Shown here: positions 9,697-19,100 of the stretch, piece by piece
How the letters are laid out: each line of letters starts with the position of its first letter
Position numbering within the stretch: the stretch's first letter is position 1
Origin: Clostridia bacterium
GTDB taxonomy: Bacteria > Bacillota > Clostridia > Oscillospirales > CAG-272
Reading direction: 5' to 3'
Assembly (NCBI GenBank): GCA_017504245.1
Contig: JAFVRQ010000051.1
Location: forward strand, 23,456 to 87,455
Length of the DNA: 64,000 nt
Made by a program: the position numbers and the translations under genes
The notes under the pieces: model-generated
The model's input: the letters and a program-made list of their open reading frames with translations, nothing else
What the model was told of the DNA's origin: nothing
The model's database searches: none

Positions 9697-10389
9697 ATGT
9701 ATTGTGCTAATTGCGGCGTTAAGCTTGCCGATACCGAGCAAAGATGTCCTCTTTGCGGAACGGAGGCGTATCACCCCGATATTGAACGCCCAGAGGTTGA
9801 TCCTCTTTATCCAAAGGACTTCGTTCCAAAGAGCGTGCTTAGCAAAACTACTATTCATATCATTATTTTTACTTTATTTTTAATACCTATATTCGTTTGC
9901 CTTTATGCCGATTTATATATAAACAGATGTATAACCTGGTCTGCATACGTATCATTGTCGGTTTCAATCAGCTACATAATAATTGTTCTGCCGTCCTGGT
10001 TCAGACGTCCTACTCCTGCGGTGTTTGTGCCCTTGGATTTTTTCCTTATTGCATTGCTATTGCAGTATATTAACTACGCAACGGGCGGAGATTGGTTTTT
10101 AACCCTTGCCTTTCCTCTTATTACGTATCTTGGCATTATGGTTACGGCGGCTTCGGTTTTGCTATATTATCTTAAAAAGGGCCATCTTTACGTTATAGGC
10201 GCATTCTTTATTGCGATGGGCTTTTATATGGATATTATTGAGCTGTTTTTGATGGTTACATTCAAGGTAAGCTTTGACGGTTGGTCGCTTTATCCGATGA
10301 TTCCACTCGTAATAATCGGTCTTGGTATGATAGCAATAGCAATCAGCAGAAATGCTAAGGCAATTCTTGCAAGAAAGCTCCACTTTTAA
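9697..10389 (+). CDS. Zinc-ribbon domain membrane protein
   Basis: N-terminal CANCG...CPLCG ribbon followed by about five hydrophobic helices. Strong GGAGG RBS. Lies 12 nt after the acyltransferase. Confidence 0.6.
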   Translation: MYCANCGVKLADTEQRCPLCGTEAYHPDIERPEVDPLYPKDFVPKSVLSKTTIHIIIFTLFLIPIFVCLYADLYINRCITWSAYVSLSVSISYIIIVLPSWFRRPTPAVFVPLDFFLIALLLQYINYATGGDWFLTLAFPLITYLGIMVTAASVLLYYLKKGHLYVIGAFFIAMGFYMDIIELFLMVTFKVSFDGWSLYPMIPLVIIGLGMIAIAISRNAKAILARKLHF

Positions 10390-10404
10390 TTAAGGAGATT
10401 TATT

Positions 10405-12723
10405 ATGATAACCTTTGATAATAATTATTTTAAGCTTGATACGCGAGATTCAAGCTATATATTCAGAATTACCGAATACGGAAAGCTTGAAAACGTTCAT
10501 TACGGTGCAAAAATCAGAAAGCAATCCTATGATGCTCTTCTTTTGAAGAATTCCATTAATCTCGGTAGCTGCGTTGATTATGATACTTCATCCCCCCTTT
10601 CGCTTGACAACGTTTTGCTTGAATACAGTGAAAACGGCAAGGGAGACTACAGGCATTCACCAATTGAGGTGATTATGCCCGACGGAACTTACGTTTCGGA
10701 TTTCATATATTCTTCTCACGAAATTACTGACAAGCCATACAAGTCAAAATCTCTCCCCACGGCTTACGGAAAGGCACAATGCCTTACTGTGACACTTACA
10801 GATAAAAAATACAAGAACGTGCATTTGAAGCTTTCATACACAGTTTTTGAGGACTGTGATGCTATCGTTAGAAACACCGTACTCGTTAATAACGGTGTTA
10901 AGGATGTTAAGATTAATAAGCTGATGAGCTTTTCGCTTGACCTTCCCTCAAGCTATTTTGATATTGTTACGTTGAGCGGCTCTTGGAATAAAGAAGCACA
11001 CGTTCATTCAACGCCTGTGTCTGAATGCATTTTCGTTAATTCCTCAACTGTTGGTGCGTCCTCAAACAGACACAATCCCGCTTTTATGCTGAAGGCAAAG
11101 GGCGCGGACTATTCGCACGGGAACGTTTATGGATTTAATCTTATCTATTCCGGCAATCACTATTCTGCTATTGAGGGCTCACCCTTCGGCACGACGAGAG
11201 TTATGAGCGGTATTAATCCGCATTGCTTTAATTGGGTTTTAAAAACTCGCGAGAGCTTTGAAGCTCCGCAAGCGGTGCTTACTTATTCCTCTGAGGGTGT
11301 TAATAAGATGGCTCAAAATATGCATTCATTCGTCAACGAGCATATAGTTCGCGGTGTGCATAAAAATGCTGAACGTCCGGTTGTTATCAACAACTGGGAA
11401 GCAATGATGTTCAAATTTAATAAGCAAAAAATAATTGCCCTTGCAGACAAAGCGAAAAAGCTCGGCGTTGAGATGCTCGTTCTTGACGACGGTTGGTTTG
11501 GCGCAAGAAACAGTGATAGAGCCGGCCTTGGCGACTGGGTAGTCAATACGAAGAAGCTTCCGGGTGGCTTGAAATCTCTCGCTAACGCAATAAATAATCG
11601 CGGTATGAAATTCGGACTTTGGTTTGAGCCCGAATGTGTTAATCCCGATTCCGACCTCTATAGGGCGCATCCGGAATGGGCTATATCTGTTCCCTCTCGC
11701 GATGCGTCCTTAGGCAGAAATCAGCTCGTTCTTGATCTTACTCGAAAAGAAGTTAGAGATTATATTGTAAACTCGGTTCACAAAATCCTTTCAAGTGCGA
11801 ATATTAAATACGTTAAGTGGGATTATAACCGTCACATAAGTGATATGTATTCCGCGACCCTTCAAAATCAAGGAGAGTTTTATCACAAATATATTCTCGG
11901 ACTTTATGAGGTACTTAGCAAGATTTTCTATGAGCTTCATCCGAATATTTTGTTTGAAAGCTGCTCGTCGGGAGGAAATAGATTTGACCTCGGTATGCTT
12001 TGCTTCTCCCCTCAAATCTGGACGAGTGACGATACCGATCCCATTGAGCGACTTGATATTCAGGGCGGTATGTATAATTTCTATCCTCCCTCAACCATTT
12101 CTGCGCACGTTTCGATGTCGCCCCACTCTCAAACGCTTAGAAATACTCCTATTTCAACGAGGTTTAATGTTGCATCCTTTGGTGTGCTTGGGTACGAGCT
12201 TGATTTTGCCGAGCTTACGCCCGACGAATTAAAGCAGGTTAAAAAGCAAATTGAATTCTATAAGGCGCACAGAAAAACCCTACAATACGGTAAATTTGAA
12301 TTCGTAAGCGTTGACAATCCCAATCAACTTTCTTGGCAAATTGCGGGTAACGATGAAATAATAGCAGGGCTTTTTCAAAAGCATCAGGTTTCGGGACCTT
12401 ACCGTGACAGACTCGTTATTCCGAGCGCACGCCCCGAAAAGCAATACTCTGTTCAATGCTATAAGCAAAAGCTCAGAATTAAGATGTTTGGACCTCTTAT
12501 TAACCACATAACCCCCATTAAAATCAAGGCGGACGGCTTGCTTTTGAGGACGATTGACAAGTACTTTTCTATGCCCGACGGTCACGAAGCTTACGTTTGC
12601 TACGGTGATATTCTTAATTTTGGTATCAATCTTGAAATGCAATTCGAGGGTACGGGATATAATGAAAAAATCAGAGTGCTTGGTGACTTTGGAAGCAATC
12701 TGTATTTAATAAAGGAGATTTAA
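10405..12723 (+). CDS. Alpha-galactosidase (GH36)
   Basis: LVLDDGWFGARNSDRAGLGDW, KWDYNR and CSSGGNRFD are canonical GH36 blocks. Confidence 0.9.
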   Translation: MITFDNNYFKLDTRDSSYIFRITEYGKLENVHYGAKIRKQSYDALLLKNSINLGSCVDYDTSSPLSLDNVLLEYSENGKGDYRHSPIEVIMPDGTYVSDFIYSSHEITDKPYKSKSLPTAYGKAQCLTVTLTDKKYKNVHLKLSYTVFEDCDAIVRNTVLVNNGVKDVKINKLMSFSLDLPSSYFDIVTLSGSWNKEAHVHSTPVSECIFVNSSTVGASSNRHNPAFMLKAKGADYSHGNVYGFNLIYSGNHYSAIEGSPFGTTRVMSGINPHCFNWVLKTRESFEAPQAVLTYSSEGVNKMAQNMHSFVNEHIVRGVHKNAERPVVINNWEAMMFKFNKQKIIALADKAKKLGVEMLVLDDGWFGARNSDRAGLGDWVVNTKKLPGGLKSLANAINNRGMKFGLWFEPECVNPDSDLYRAHPEWAISVPSRDASLGRNQLVLDLTRKEVRDYIVNSVHKILSSANIKYVKWDYNRHISDMYSATLQNQGEFYHKYILGLYEVLSKIFYELHPNILFESCSSGGNRFDLGMLCFSPQIWTSDDTDPIERLDIQGGMYNFYPPSTISAHVSMSPHSQTLRNTPISTRFNVASFGVLGYELDFAELTPDELKQVKKQIEFYKAHRKTLQYGKFEFVSVDNPNQLSWQIAGNDEIIAGLFQKHQVSGPYRDRLVIPSARPEKQYSVQCYKQKLRIKMFGPLINHITPIKIKADGLLLRTIDKYFSMPDGHEAYVCYGDILNFGINLEMQFEGTGYNEKIRVLGDFGSNLYLIKEI

Positions 12724-12724
12724 T

Positions 12725-14128
12725 ATGAATAGACAACAAAAAATGAATAAGTACTGCTTCGGTCTTGGCACTGTGGGCAGAGATGCTCTTTATTCACTCG
12801 TTAGTATGTATTTGCTTGTGCATCTTACCGACGTTGTTAAGTTTTCGGATAAGGGGCTTGGAGTTATCGGCATTATGCTCACTCTTTTCGGTATTTTTGA
12901 TGCGGTAATCGACCCATTTGTTGGCGCTATTGTCGACAATACCAAAACAAGATGGGGTAAATTCAAGCCGTGGATATTGATAGGTATGATTGGTACTGCG
13001 GTGCTTACAGTTTTGATGTTCCACAATTTTGAAATGAGCGAAACAGCACACATAGCTCTTTTGGCTGTCACTTATCTTCTTTTCAGTATTTTCTTCTCGC
13101 TTAACGATATCTCTTATTGGTCGCTTATGCCTGCGATTTCAAAGGAACAGAGTGTTCGTGAGAGTGTTGGTGCTTTTGCGAGAATTTGCGCAAACGTTGG
13201 TATGTTTGCAATGGTTCTTATTTATCTCAATGTTCCGAGCTTCTTTACAGGTCTCGGTCTTAACGCGCGCGACAGTTATTTCATTTTTGCAATCATCGTT
13301 GCGATTATTATGATGGCCTTCCAAAGCATCACCTTGTTTGGCGTTAAGGAGGATCGTTCTCAGCTTGAAAAGACGGAGAGAACCTCTTTAAAGGATCTTT
13401 TCCGCGCACTCTTTAAGAACGATCAGCTTCTCGTTACCGCGGTTTCTATGGCTCTCTTTATGATCGGATATTGCACGACCACGGGATTTGGTACATATTA
13501 CTTTAAGTATGCCGTTAAGAACGAGGATTTATATATGGTATTTGCTGCAGTTCTTGCAGTTGCTCAGCTTACTGCTCTTTCCGTGTTCCCTCTTTTCAGA
13601 AAAAAATTCACAAGAAAGCAGCTTTACACAGGGTCAATGATTGCGGTAACTATTTCCTATATTATATTCTTCCTTTCATTCGAGTGGTTGCCTCTTATCG
13701 TTCTTGCAGGTCTTGGACTTTTCTTTGCACAGGCATTCATTCAGTTGCTTATGCTTCTCTTCCTTGCGGACGCAGTTGAATACGGCGAATGGAAGCTCGG
13801 CAAAAGAAACGAAGCGGCAAGCTTTGCAGTTCAGCCCTTTATCAATCAATTTGGAGGTGCTGTAAGCAAGGGTATCGTTTCATTTACCCTTATTATTTCC
13901 GGTATCAATATGATTGCGCAGTCCCTTACGGGTGACAAGCTCGTTGATGCAGAATATATCTTAAACAACACAAGCGATTCTTCTGTTTGGATTATGAAGC
14001 TCTCAATGATGATTCTGCCTCTTATTTGCATTCTTATCGGCTTCTTCCTCTATCAAAAGAAATTTAAGATTGACGAAGAAATGTATGAAAGAATATGCAA
14101 GGATCTTGAAGAAAGAAATAAGAAATAA
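12725..14128 (+). CDS. Glycoside-pentoside-hexuronide (GPH):cation symporter (MelB-like)
   Basis: About 12 TM helices. N-terminal YCFGLGTVGRDALYSLVSMYLL...DAVIDPFVGAIVDNTKTRWGKFKPW is typical of GPH/MelB. Starts 1 nt after GH36. Confidence 0.85.
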   Translation: MNRQQKMNKYCFGLGTVGRDALYSLVSMYLLVHLTDVVKFSDKGLGVIGIMLTLFGIFDAVIDPFVGAIVDNTKTRWGKFKPWILIGMIGTAVLTVLMFHNFEMSETAHIALLAVTYLLFSIFFSLNDISYWSLMPAISKEQSVRESVGAFARICANVGMFAMVLIYLNVPSFFTGLGLNARDSYFIFAIIVAIIMMAFQSITLFGVKEDRSQLEKTERTSLKDLFRALFKNDQLLVTAVSMALFMIGYCTTTGFGTYYFKYAVKNEDLYMVFAAVLAVAQLTALSVFPLFRKKFTRKQLYTGSMIAVTISYIIFFLSFEWLPLIVLAGLGLFFAQAFIQLLMLLFLADAVEYGEWKLGKRNEAASFAVQPFINQFGGAVSKGIVSFTLIISGINMIAQSLTGDKLVDAEYILNNTSDSSVWIMKLSMMILPLICILIGFFLYQKKFKIDEEMYERICKDLEERNKK

Positions 14129-14133
14129 GATTA

Positions 14134-14167
14134 AAGAAGTCCTAAATTTTTAGGACTTCTTTTTTTC
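14134..14167 (+). terminator. Rho-independent terminator
   Basis: AAGAAGTCCTAAA / TTTAGGACTTCTT stem followed by a T-run. Confidence 0.7.
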
Positions 14168-14320
14168 GCTATTTTTCGCATTGTTTTTGTTATATAATTG
14201 CTATATTATTGAAATTTTGCCATATATTACCAATTTTGGCGTATATTTTGATAAAAAAACAAATAAGTTTTTATGTGAAAAAATGATACAATTATATTAA
14301 CAAAAACAAGGAGAAAACAT

Positions 14321-14578
14321 ATGGATTTTACACTAATTCAAAAAATTGAGGTTCACGGAATGCGTTACAAGCTTATGCGCTCTAATTTTTGCCGCGGATA
14401 TTACGTTATCATCATTCAAAGCAAAAATGATTTTTCGTGCGAAAGCTTTGCTAGTAATGATAAAGAGAGCGCCCTTGATTTATTTTATGAAATTGCCGCA
14501 AGTGCCACTGAGCCCTGCTCATTGCGTGGAATAATAATGGATAATGAGAAGCTTTTGCTTTTGGCAAATAAGAGTTAA
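14321..14578 (+). CDS. Small hypothetical protein (85 aa)
   Basis: AAGGAGA RBS 7 nt upstream. No recognisable motif. Isolated between two operons. Confidence 0.4.
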   Translation: MDFTLIQKIEVHGMRYKLMRSNFCRGYYVIIIQSKNDFSCESFASNDKESALDLFYEIAASATEPCSLRGIIMDNEKLLLLANKS

Positions 14579-14594
14579 AATATATATTTTCCTA

Positions 14595-14623
14595 TTGATT
14601 TTAAGAATTTTTGGTGATATAAT
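14595..14623 (+). promoter_or_regulatory. Sigma-A type promoter for the GH2 gene
   Basis: TTGATT, 17 nt spacer, TATAAT with an upstream TGA (extended -10). Lies 35 nt before the start codon. Confidence 0.5.
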
Positions 14624-14657
14624 TCTATTATAGATTGCTCTAATTTAGGAGGACCTT

Positions 14658-17030
14658 ATGAATAGAATTTATATCAATGATGATTGGCTTTTTGCTAAAG
14701 ATTTTAAAGAAGAATATAAAACCGGAATGATTGACTCGGATATGAAGGAAATTCGTATTCCTCACACTACTCGCGAGTTACCCTTCAATTATTTTTCCGA
14801 GGAAGAATATCAATTGCTCTCTGCTTATCGCAAGGTGATTTTTGCACCTGCGGAGTGGAGGGATAAGCGAGTTCTTATCACCTTTGAGGGTGCTTCGCAT
14901 TATGCGGTTATTTATTTGAACGGTGAAAGGATAGGAGAGCACTATTCCGGTTATACCGCTTTTACCATTGAATTGACAGGTAAATTAAACCTTGATGAGG
15001 ATAATATTTTAGTTGTTAAGCTTGATTCAAGAGAAAGCTTGAATATTCCTCCGTTTGGCAACGTTATTGACTATATGACATACGGTGGAATATATCGCGA
15101 TGTTTATCTTGATATTAAAGATGCTTGTTTTATTGCGGACGTTTTCGCAAAGCCCGAATTTACAGGAAAAATCGTTTGCGATATAACTCTTGACGGTGAT
15201 TTGCCTGCTAACTCTTACATTAAACAAACTGCTGTTCTTTTGGGCACGCAAGAGGTTGTTTCTTTGGGAGAGCGCGAGATCAATACAAATGAATTCTCCG
15301 TTCACGGATTTATCAAGGATATTAAGCCTTGGGATATTAATCATCCAAACAGATACCTTGTGAAAACGGAGCTTATGGCAAACGGCATGGTTATTGACAC
15401 GCACGAGGTGAAGGTTGGTTTCAGAAGTGCGAAATTCAAAAACGAGGGATTTTTCCTCAACGGCAGGCGCGTGCAGATACGCGGTTTGAATAGGCATCAA
15501 AGCTATGCTTACGTTGGCTACGCTATGCCCGAGTCGATGCAGAGGGATGATGCGAGGGTTTTGCAGGGGCTTGGTGTTAATGCGGTCAGAACATCGCACT
15601 ATCCTCAGTCGCATTATTTTATTGACGAGTGCGACAAGCTCGGTATTCTTGTGTTTACGGAAATTCCCGGTTGGCAGCATATTGGGGATAACAATTGGAA
15701 AAATCAAGCCGTCCAAAACGTTAAAGAGATGATTGTTCAATATAGAAATCATCCGTCTATTGTGATTTGGGGTGTTAGAATCAACGAATCGCGCGACGAT
15801 CACGATTTTTATACTAAAACCAACGAATTGGCACATCAGCTCGATCCATCAAGGCAGACGGGCGGTGTTCGTAATTTCGCAAAGAGTGAGCTTTTAGAGG
15901 ACGTTTACACCTATAATGACTTTTTACACGATGGTAGAAAGGCGGGTTGTTCGCCGAAGAAGAAAATCACGTCGGATAAGAAAAAGCCCTATTTGATTAC
16001 CGAAAATAATGGGCATATGTTCCCCACCAAGTCTTTTGATAATGAGGAGCATCGCTTGGAGCACGCGCTCCGTCACGCGCGAGTGCTTAACGACGTGGCA
16101 GCTTACCCCGATATTTGCGGAAGCTTTTCGTGGTGTATGGCGGATTACAACACGCACAAGGATTTCGGCAGCGGAGATAGGATTTGCTATCACGGTGTTA
16201 CGGATATGTTCCGCAATCACAAGCTGGCTGCGGCGGTTTACAAGTCACAAGGTGATTTTGGCGACGTGCTTGAGGTTAGCTCCTCGATGGACATTGGCGA
16301 GCATCCCGCATCAATCAAGGGCAACGTTTGGATTTTTACCAATGCGGACAGTGTGAGAATGTATAAAAACGGTAAGTTAATCAAGGAATACGTTCCACAC
16401 AACAAGCATTTTGAAGCTATGGTAAAGAGCCCTATTTTGATTGACGATTATATCGGAAATCTTCTTGAAAGTGAAGAAAAAATGAAGCCGAGAAAGGCAA
16501 AATACGTTGCTTCTGCGCTTAATTATATTGGACTTAACGGATACACTAAAATTACGCCCAAGCTTGCAAGAATAGCGCTCAAATGTATGGTTATTTACGG
16601 AATGAGCATCAACCAAATCGTTGCCCTTTATACAAAATACGTTGGCGATTGGGGTGGCAAGAGCACGGTTTATCGATTTGAAGCGATAAAGGGCGGTAAG
16701 GTTGTTAAAACAGTGACCAAAACTCCGATGACAAAAATGCACATTGAAATTGATGCACCGAATACAGTTTTGAGCGAAAAGACGTCCTATGACGTTGGAG
16801 TTGTGAGAATTCGCGCTACTGACGAAAACGGTAATCTTCTTCCCTACTCCAACGAGGCAATTAAGCTGACAGTTGATGGTCCGCTTGAACTGATTGGGCC
16901 CGATATGATTTCGTTGAGGGGCGGAATGAGTGCGTTTTACGTTAAAACAATAGGTCAAAAAGGTAGGGCGAGAGTTACGGTTTCGTGTTCTCATCTTGAG
17001 GACAAGACGGTTGAATTTGATATTATTTAG
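14658..17030 (+). CDS. Glycoside hydrolase family 2 (beta-galactosidase-like)
   Basis: NAVRTSHYPQS, WGVRINES (acid/base region) and PYLITEN (nucleophile region). GH2 N-terminal sugar-binding pattern. Confidence 0.85.
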   Translation: MNRIYINDDWLFAKDFKEEYKTGMIDSDMKEIRIPHTTRELPFNYFSEEEYQLLSAYRKVIFAPAEWRDKRVLITFEGASHYAVIYLNGERIGEHYSGYTAFTIELTGKLNLDEDNILVVKLDSRESLNIPPFGNVIDYMTYGGIYRDVYLDIKDACFIADVFAKPEFTGKIVCDITLDGDLPANSYIKQTAVLLGTQEVVSLGEREINTNEFSVHGFIKDIKPWDINHPNRYLVKTELMANGMVIDTHEVKVGFRSAKFKNEGFFLNGRRVQIRGLNRHQSYAYVGYAMPESMQRDDARVLQGLGVNAVRTSHYPQSHYFIDECDKLGILVFTEIPGWQHIGDNNWKNQAVQNVKEMIVQYRNHPSIVIWGVRINESRDDHDFYTKTNELAHQLDPSRQTGGVRNFAKSELLEDVYTYNDFLHDGRKAGCSPKKKITSDKKKPYLITENNGHMFPTKSFDNEEHRLEHALRHARVLNDVAAYPDICGSFSWCMADYNTHKDFGSGDRICYHGVTDMFRNHKLAAAVYKSQGDFGDVLEVSSSMDIGEHPASIKGNVWIFTNADSVRMYKNGKLIKEYVPHNKHFEAMVKSPILIDDYIGNLLESEEKMKPRKAKYVASALNYIGLNGYTKITPKLARIALKCMVIYGMSINQIVALYTKYVGDWGGKSTVYRFEAIKGGKVVKTVTKTPMTKMHIEIDAPNTVLSEKTSYDVGVVRIRATDENGNLLPYSNEAIKLTVDGPLELIGPDMISLRGGMSAFYVKTIGQKGRARVTVSCSHLEDKTVEFDII

Positions 17031-17036
17031 CATAAG

Positions 17037-17067
17037 AAAATGCTCCCGTTTGGGAGCATTTTTTATT
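17037..17067. terminator. Bidirectional rho-independent terminator
   Basis: ATGCTCCC-GTTT-GGGAGCAT flanked by AAAA and TTTTT, between convergent genes. Confidence 0.7.
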
Positions 17068-18412
17068 CTAGTTCAAGTGATTTTTTAAGAAATTCGATAA
17101 CGCGGGCGCGGTATTGACCGATCATTATATCCTCGCGGACGGGATCGTATTTATTATTGCCGCCGTCAACGAAGTAGTCGAGTGTGTTGCGATTTATTGA
17201 AAGAGAGTTCAAGGGCCAGCCCGCCTGCCGTTTTGGTGATGGAGTATCGACCATATAAAACGCGCTTGCGCGGTTTGTTTCGCCCGTTTCCATAAAGGTG
17301 TGTACCTTGCCTTGATTGTACACGGCAATTCCGTCAACGTAATAAGCAAGTACCTTGCCGCCAAGCGAGTGAACGAGTGAGGAATAATATTCGATAGCTT
17401 CCTCGTCACTCATTCTCTCTCCGCCCTGCGGTGTTCGGATGTTGAGTCCCGGTTGACGAGGATCGTCAAGGGGTAAGCAATCGAAATAAAGCCCCGAATC
17501 GTTGCAGATTACTCTATCAAAAAACTGACCGTAATAACGCGCCTTTATCTCTGCATTTTCTATTGGTGTTTTCCCTGCTTCCTCGGGCTCAGTTTCAATA
17601 TGAAGGTCGCACAGAGTGTAAAACTCAACGTCGCAACCCGTTAAAAAGCCCTCAAAACGCGGGATTTTCGATGGATTTGTTGTGCCTATAAGAATTATCA
17701 TCTTATCATTATTAAACAAGAATGGATTTGCAATATTGTTCTTGCCAAATACTTTTACTGCCATTCTATACATCGCTTTAGCGTGAATACGGTCGTGCCA
17801 AATGAAGCGACGAAGGACCTTGCGGAGTGACCAATCCTCTCCGTAGCTACCTTCAATAACAGCATTTTGAAGAAAATCGGGCTTTGCTTCAAGTGCTCCA
17901 AATCCACGCTTACGGCACTCATATATATTTCCGTCATTATTTGCTTCAACATCTATCTCCGCAAAATAATACTCGTTTACGTTCTTCGTATGCTCATACA
18001 TTTCGTCGGCAGTACGAGGAATTTGACCGTAAAAGGTTTTTCGCTCTGCTATGACAGTAGCACTCTTATCGGGGATAGACTCATACAATGCAAGAAAATC
18101 TTTTGCCGACTTTAATGCGAGAGCTTTCAGTTTTTCATATTCATCTGCCGTCAACGGTGCTTTTTCGCTCTCAAAAAGTACGTCTGAATCTGCATCTTTA
18201 ATTGCAAGGTTAGAGTCTTTCTTCCCAGTGATCACTACTTCTATGTTATCGACGGTATGCTCGCCTAACCATTTAAGATAGGACGCGATCTCGTCAGGCA
18301 TCTTTGCCTTTGCTATTTCAAGACTTTCTCCACGGGTATATGCGCCGATATAATCTACTGCATATAGCAAAGTATCATTGCAGTTATGCTCCCATACACA
18401 GTTTACTTTCAT
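17063..18412 (-). CDS. Fusion protein: N-terminal DinB-like/unknown region plus C-terminal Ham1/RdgB-like non-canonical NTP pyrophosphatase domain
   Basis: The C-terminal ~190 aa reads MIILIGTTNPSKIPRF...EEAGKTPIENAEIKA...NDSGLYF (cf. RdgB TGNxGK / ENA..KA / DDSGL). The N-terminal ~250 aa contains a WHDRIHAKAM helix-bundle-like region. Start at MKVNCVWEH (TAATG overlap with the upstream stop). Confidence 0.6.
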   Translation of the reverse strand: MKVNCVWEHNCNDTLLYAVDYIGAYTRGESLEIAKAKMPDEIASYLKWLGEHTVDNIEVVITGKKDSNLAIKDADSDVLFESEKAPLTADEYEKLKALALKSAKDFLALYESIPDKSATVIAERKTFYGQIPRTADEMYEHTKNVNEYYFAEIDVEANNDGNIYECRKRGFGALEAKPDFLQNAVIEGSYGEDWSLRKVLRRFIWHDRIHAKAMYRMAVKVFGKNNIANPFLFNNDKMIILIGTTNPSKIPRFEGFLTGCDVEFYTLCDLHIETEPEEAGKTPIENAEIKARYYGQFFDRVICNDSGLYFDCLPLDDPRQPGLNIRTPQGGERMSDEEAIEYYSSLVHSLGGKVLAYYVDGIAVYNQGKVHTFMETGETNRASAFYMVDTPSPKRQAGWPLNSLSINRNTLDYFVDGGNNKYDPVREDIMIGQYRARVIEFLKKSLELE

Positions 18413-18969
18413 TATTTGATCTTCTTTCCGTCTGAAAATGCGTGTCCTGCAACTTTGCCCAAGGTCCAATAAACGTGGGTGGAGCTATCATAGCAGATAG
18501 GGTTAAGCTTTTTTGCATCAATTTGACCATTTTCGTTGAGGATTTCTTCCTTTGCAGACACATTTACTATCTCACCGATGCAGATGCCGTCCTCGTTGAA
18601 TTTGATGAGGTTACATTCAACGGTCATTGGAAGCTCCGCGATAATGGGAGCATTGACGAAGTTGCTTTTTGTTGCGTGGAAGCCCGCGCGTGCGAATTTA
18701 TCGGGTACGTCATTTGCGGAAACGATGCCAACGTAGTCACATTCCGCAACTGTTTCGGCAGTTGCAAAGCTCAATGTAAACGCGCCTGTTTTCTTTATGT
18801 TTTCTGTGGTTTTATGCTCGTGCGCAAGGCAGACCATTACCTGATTTGTATCGTAAATTCCACCCCAAGCGGCATTCATTGCGTTTGGTTTTCCCGTTTC
18901 ATCATAAGTGCCTACGATAAGCACGGGCATTGGATATAGCCAAGTTTTTTTGCCAAAGTTTTTCCTCAT
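18412..18969 (-). CDS. Flavin reductase-like (FMN-binding split-barrel) protein
   Basis: PMPVLIVGTYDETGKPNAMNAAWGG matches the flavin reductase domain signature. GGAGGA RBS. Confidence 0.8.
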   Translation of the reverse strand: MRKNFGKKTWLYPMPVLIVGTYDETGKPNAMNAAWGGIYDTNQVMVCLAHEHKTTENIKKTGAFTLSFATAETVAECDYVGIVSANDVPDKFARAGFHATKSNFVNAPIIAELPMTVECNLIKFNEDGICIGEIVNVSAKEEILNENGQIDAKKLNPICYDSSTHVYWTLGKVAGHAFSDGKKIK

Positions 18970-19033
18970 TTTTCAGTCCTCCAAGATTTATTGAAATAAT
19001 TATAGCACTATGAAAATAAAATTGCAACAATAA

Positions 19034-19062
19034 TTGCAAAATTTTGTTTTTTGTAGTATAAT
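19034..19062 (+). promoter_or_regulatory. Sigma-A type promoter reading into the repeat element and the yjbR-like gene
   Basis: TTGCAA, 17 nt spacer, TATAAT. No other consensus-like promoter seen between here and 19500. Confidence 0.45.
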
Positions 19063-19100
19063 TGGAGAGAATAATTAGTATTTATCGTGGAGATGAAAAA

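Noticed and set aside
15027-15836. 269-aa minus-strand ORF
   Set aside because: Lies entirely antisense to the well-supported GH2 gene. No RBS, no motifs, and a composition typical of a shadow frame.
16377-17033. 218-aa minus-strand ORF
   Set aside because: Antisense shadow ORF within the GH2 C-terminal region. No start context or recognisable domain.
18413-18469. Upstream extension of the Ham1-fusion ORF (MDLGQSCRTRIFRRKEDQI)
   Set aside because: It would overlap the flavin-reductase coding end by 58 nt. The internal ATG gives a standard TAATG coupling junction.
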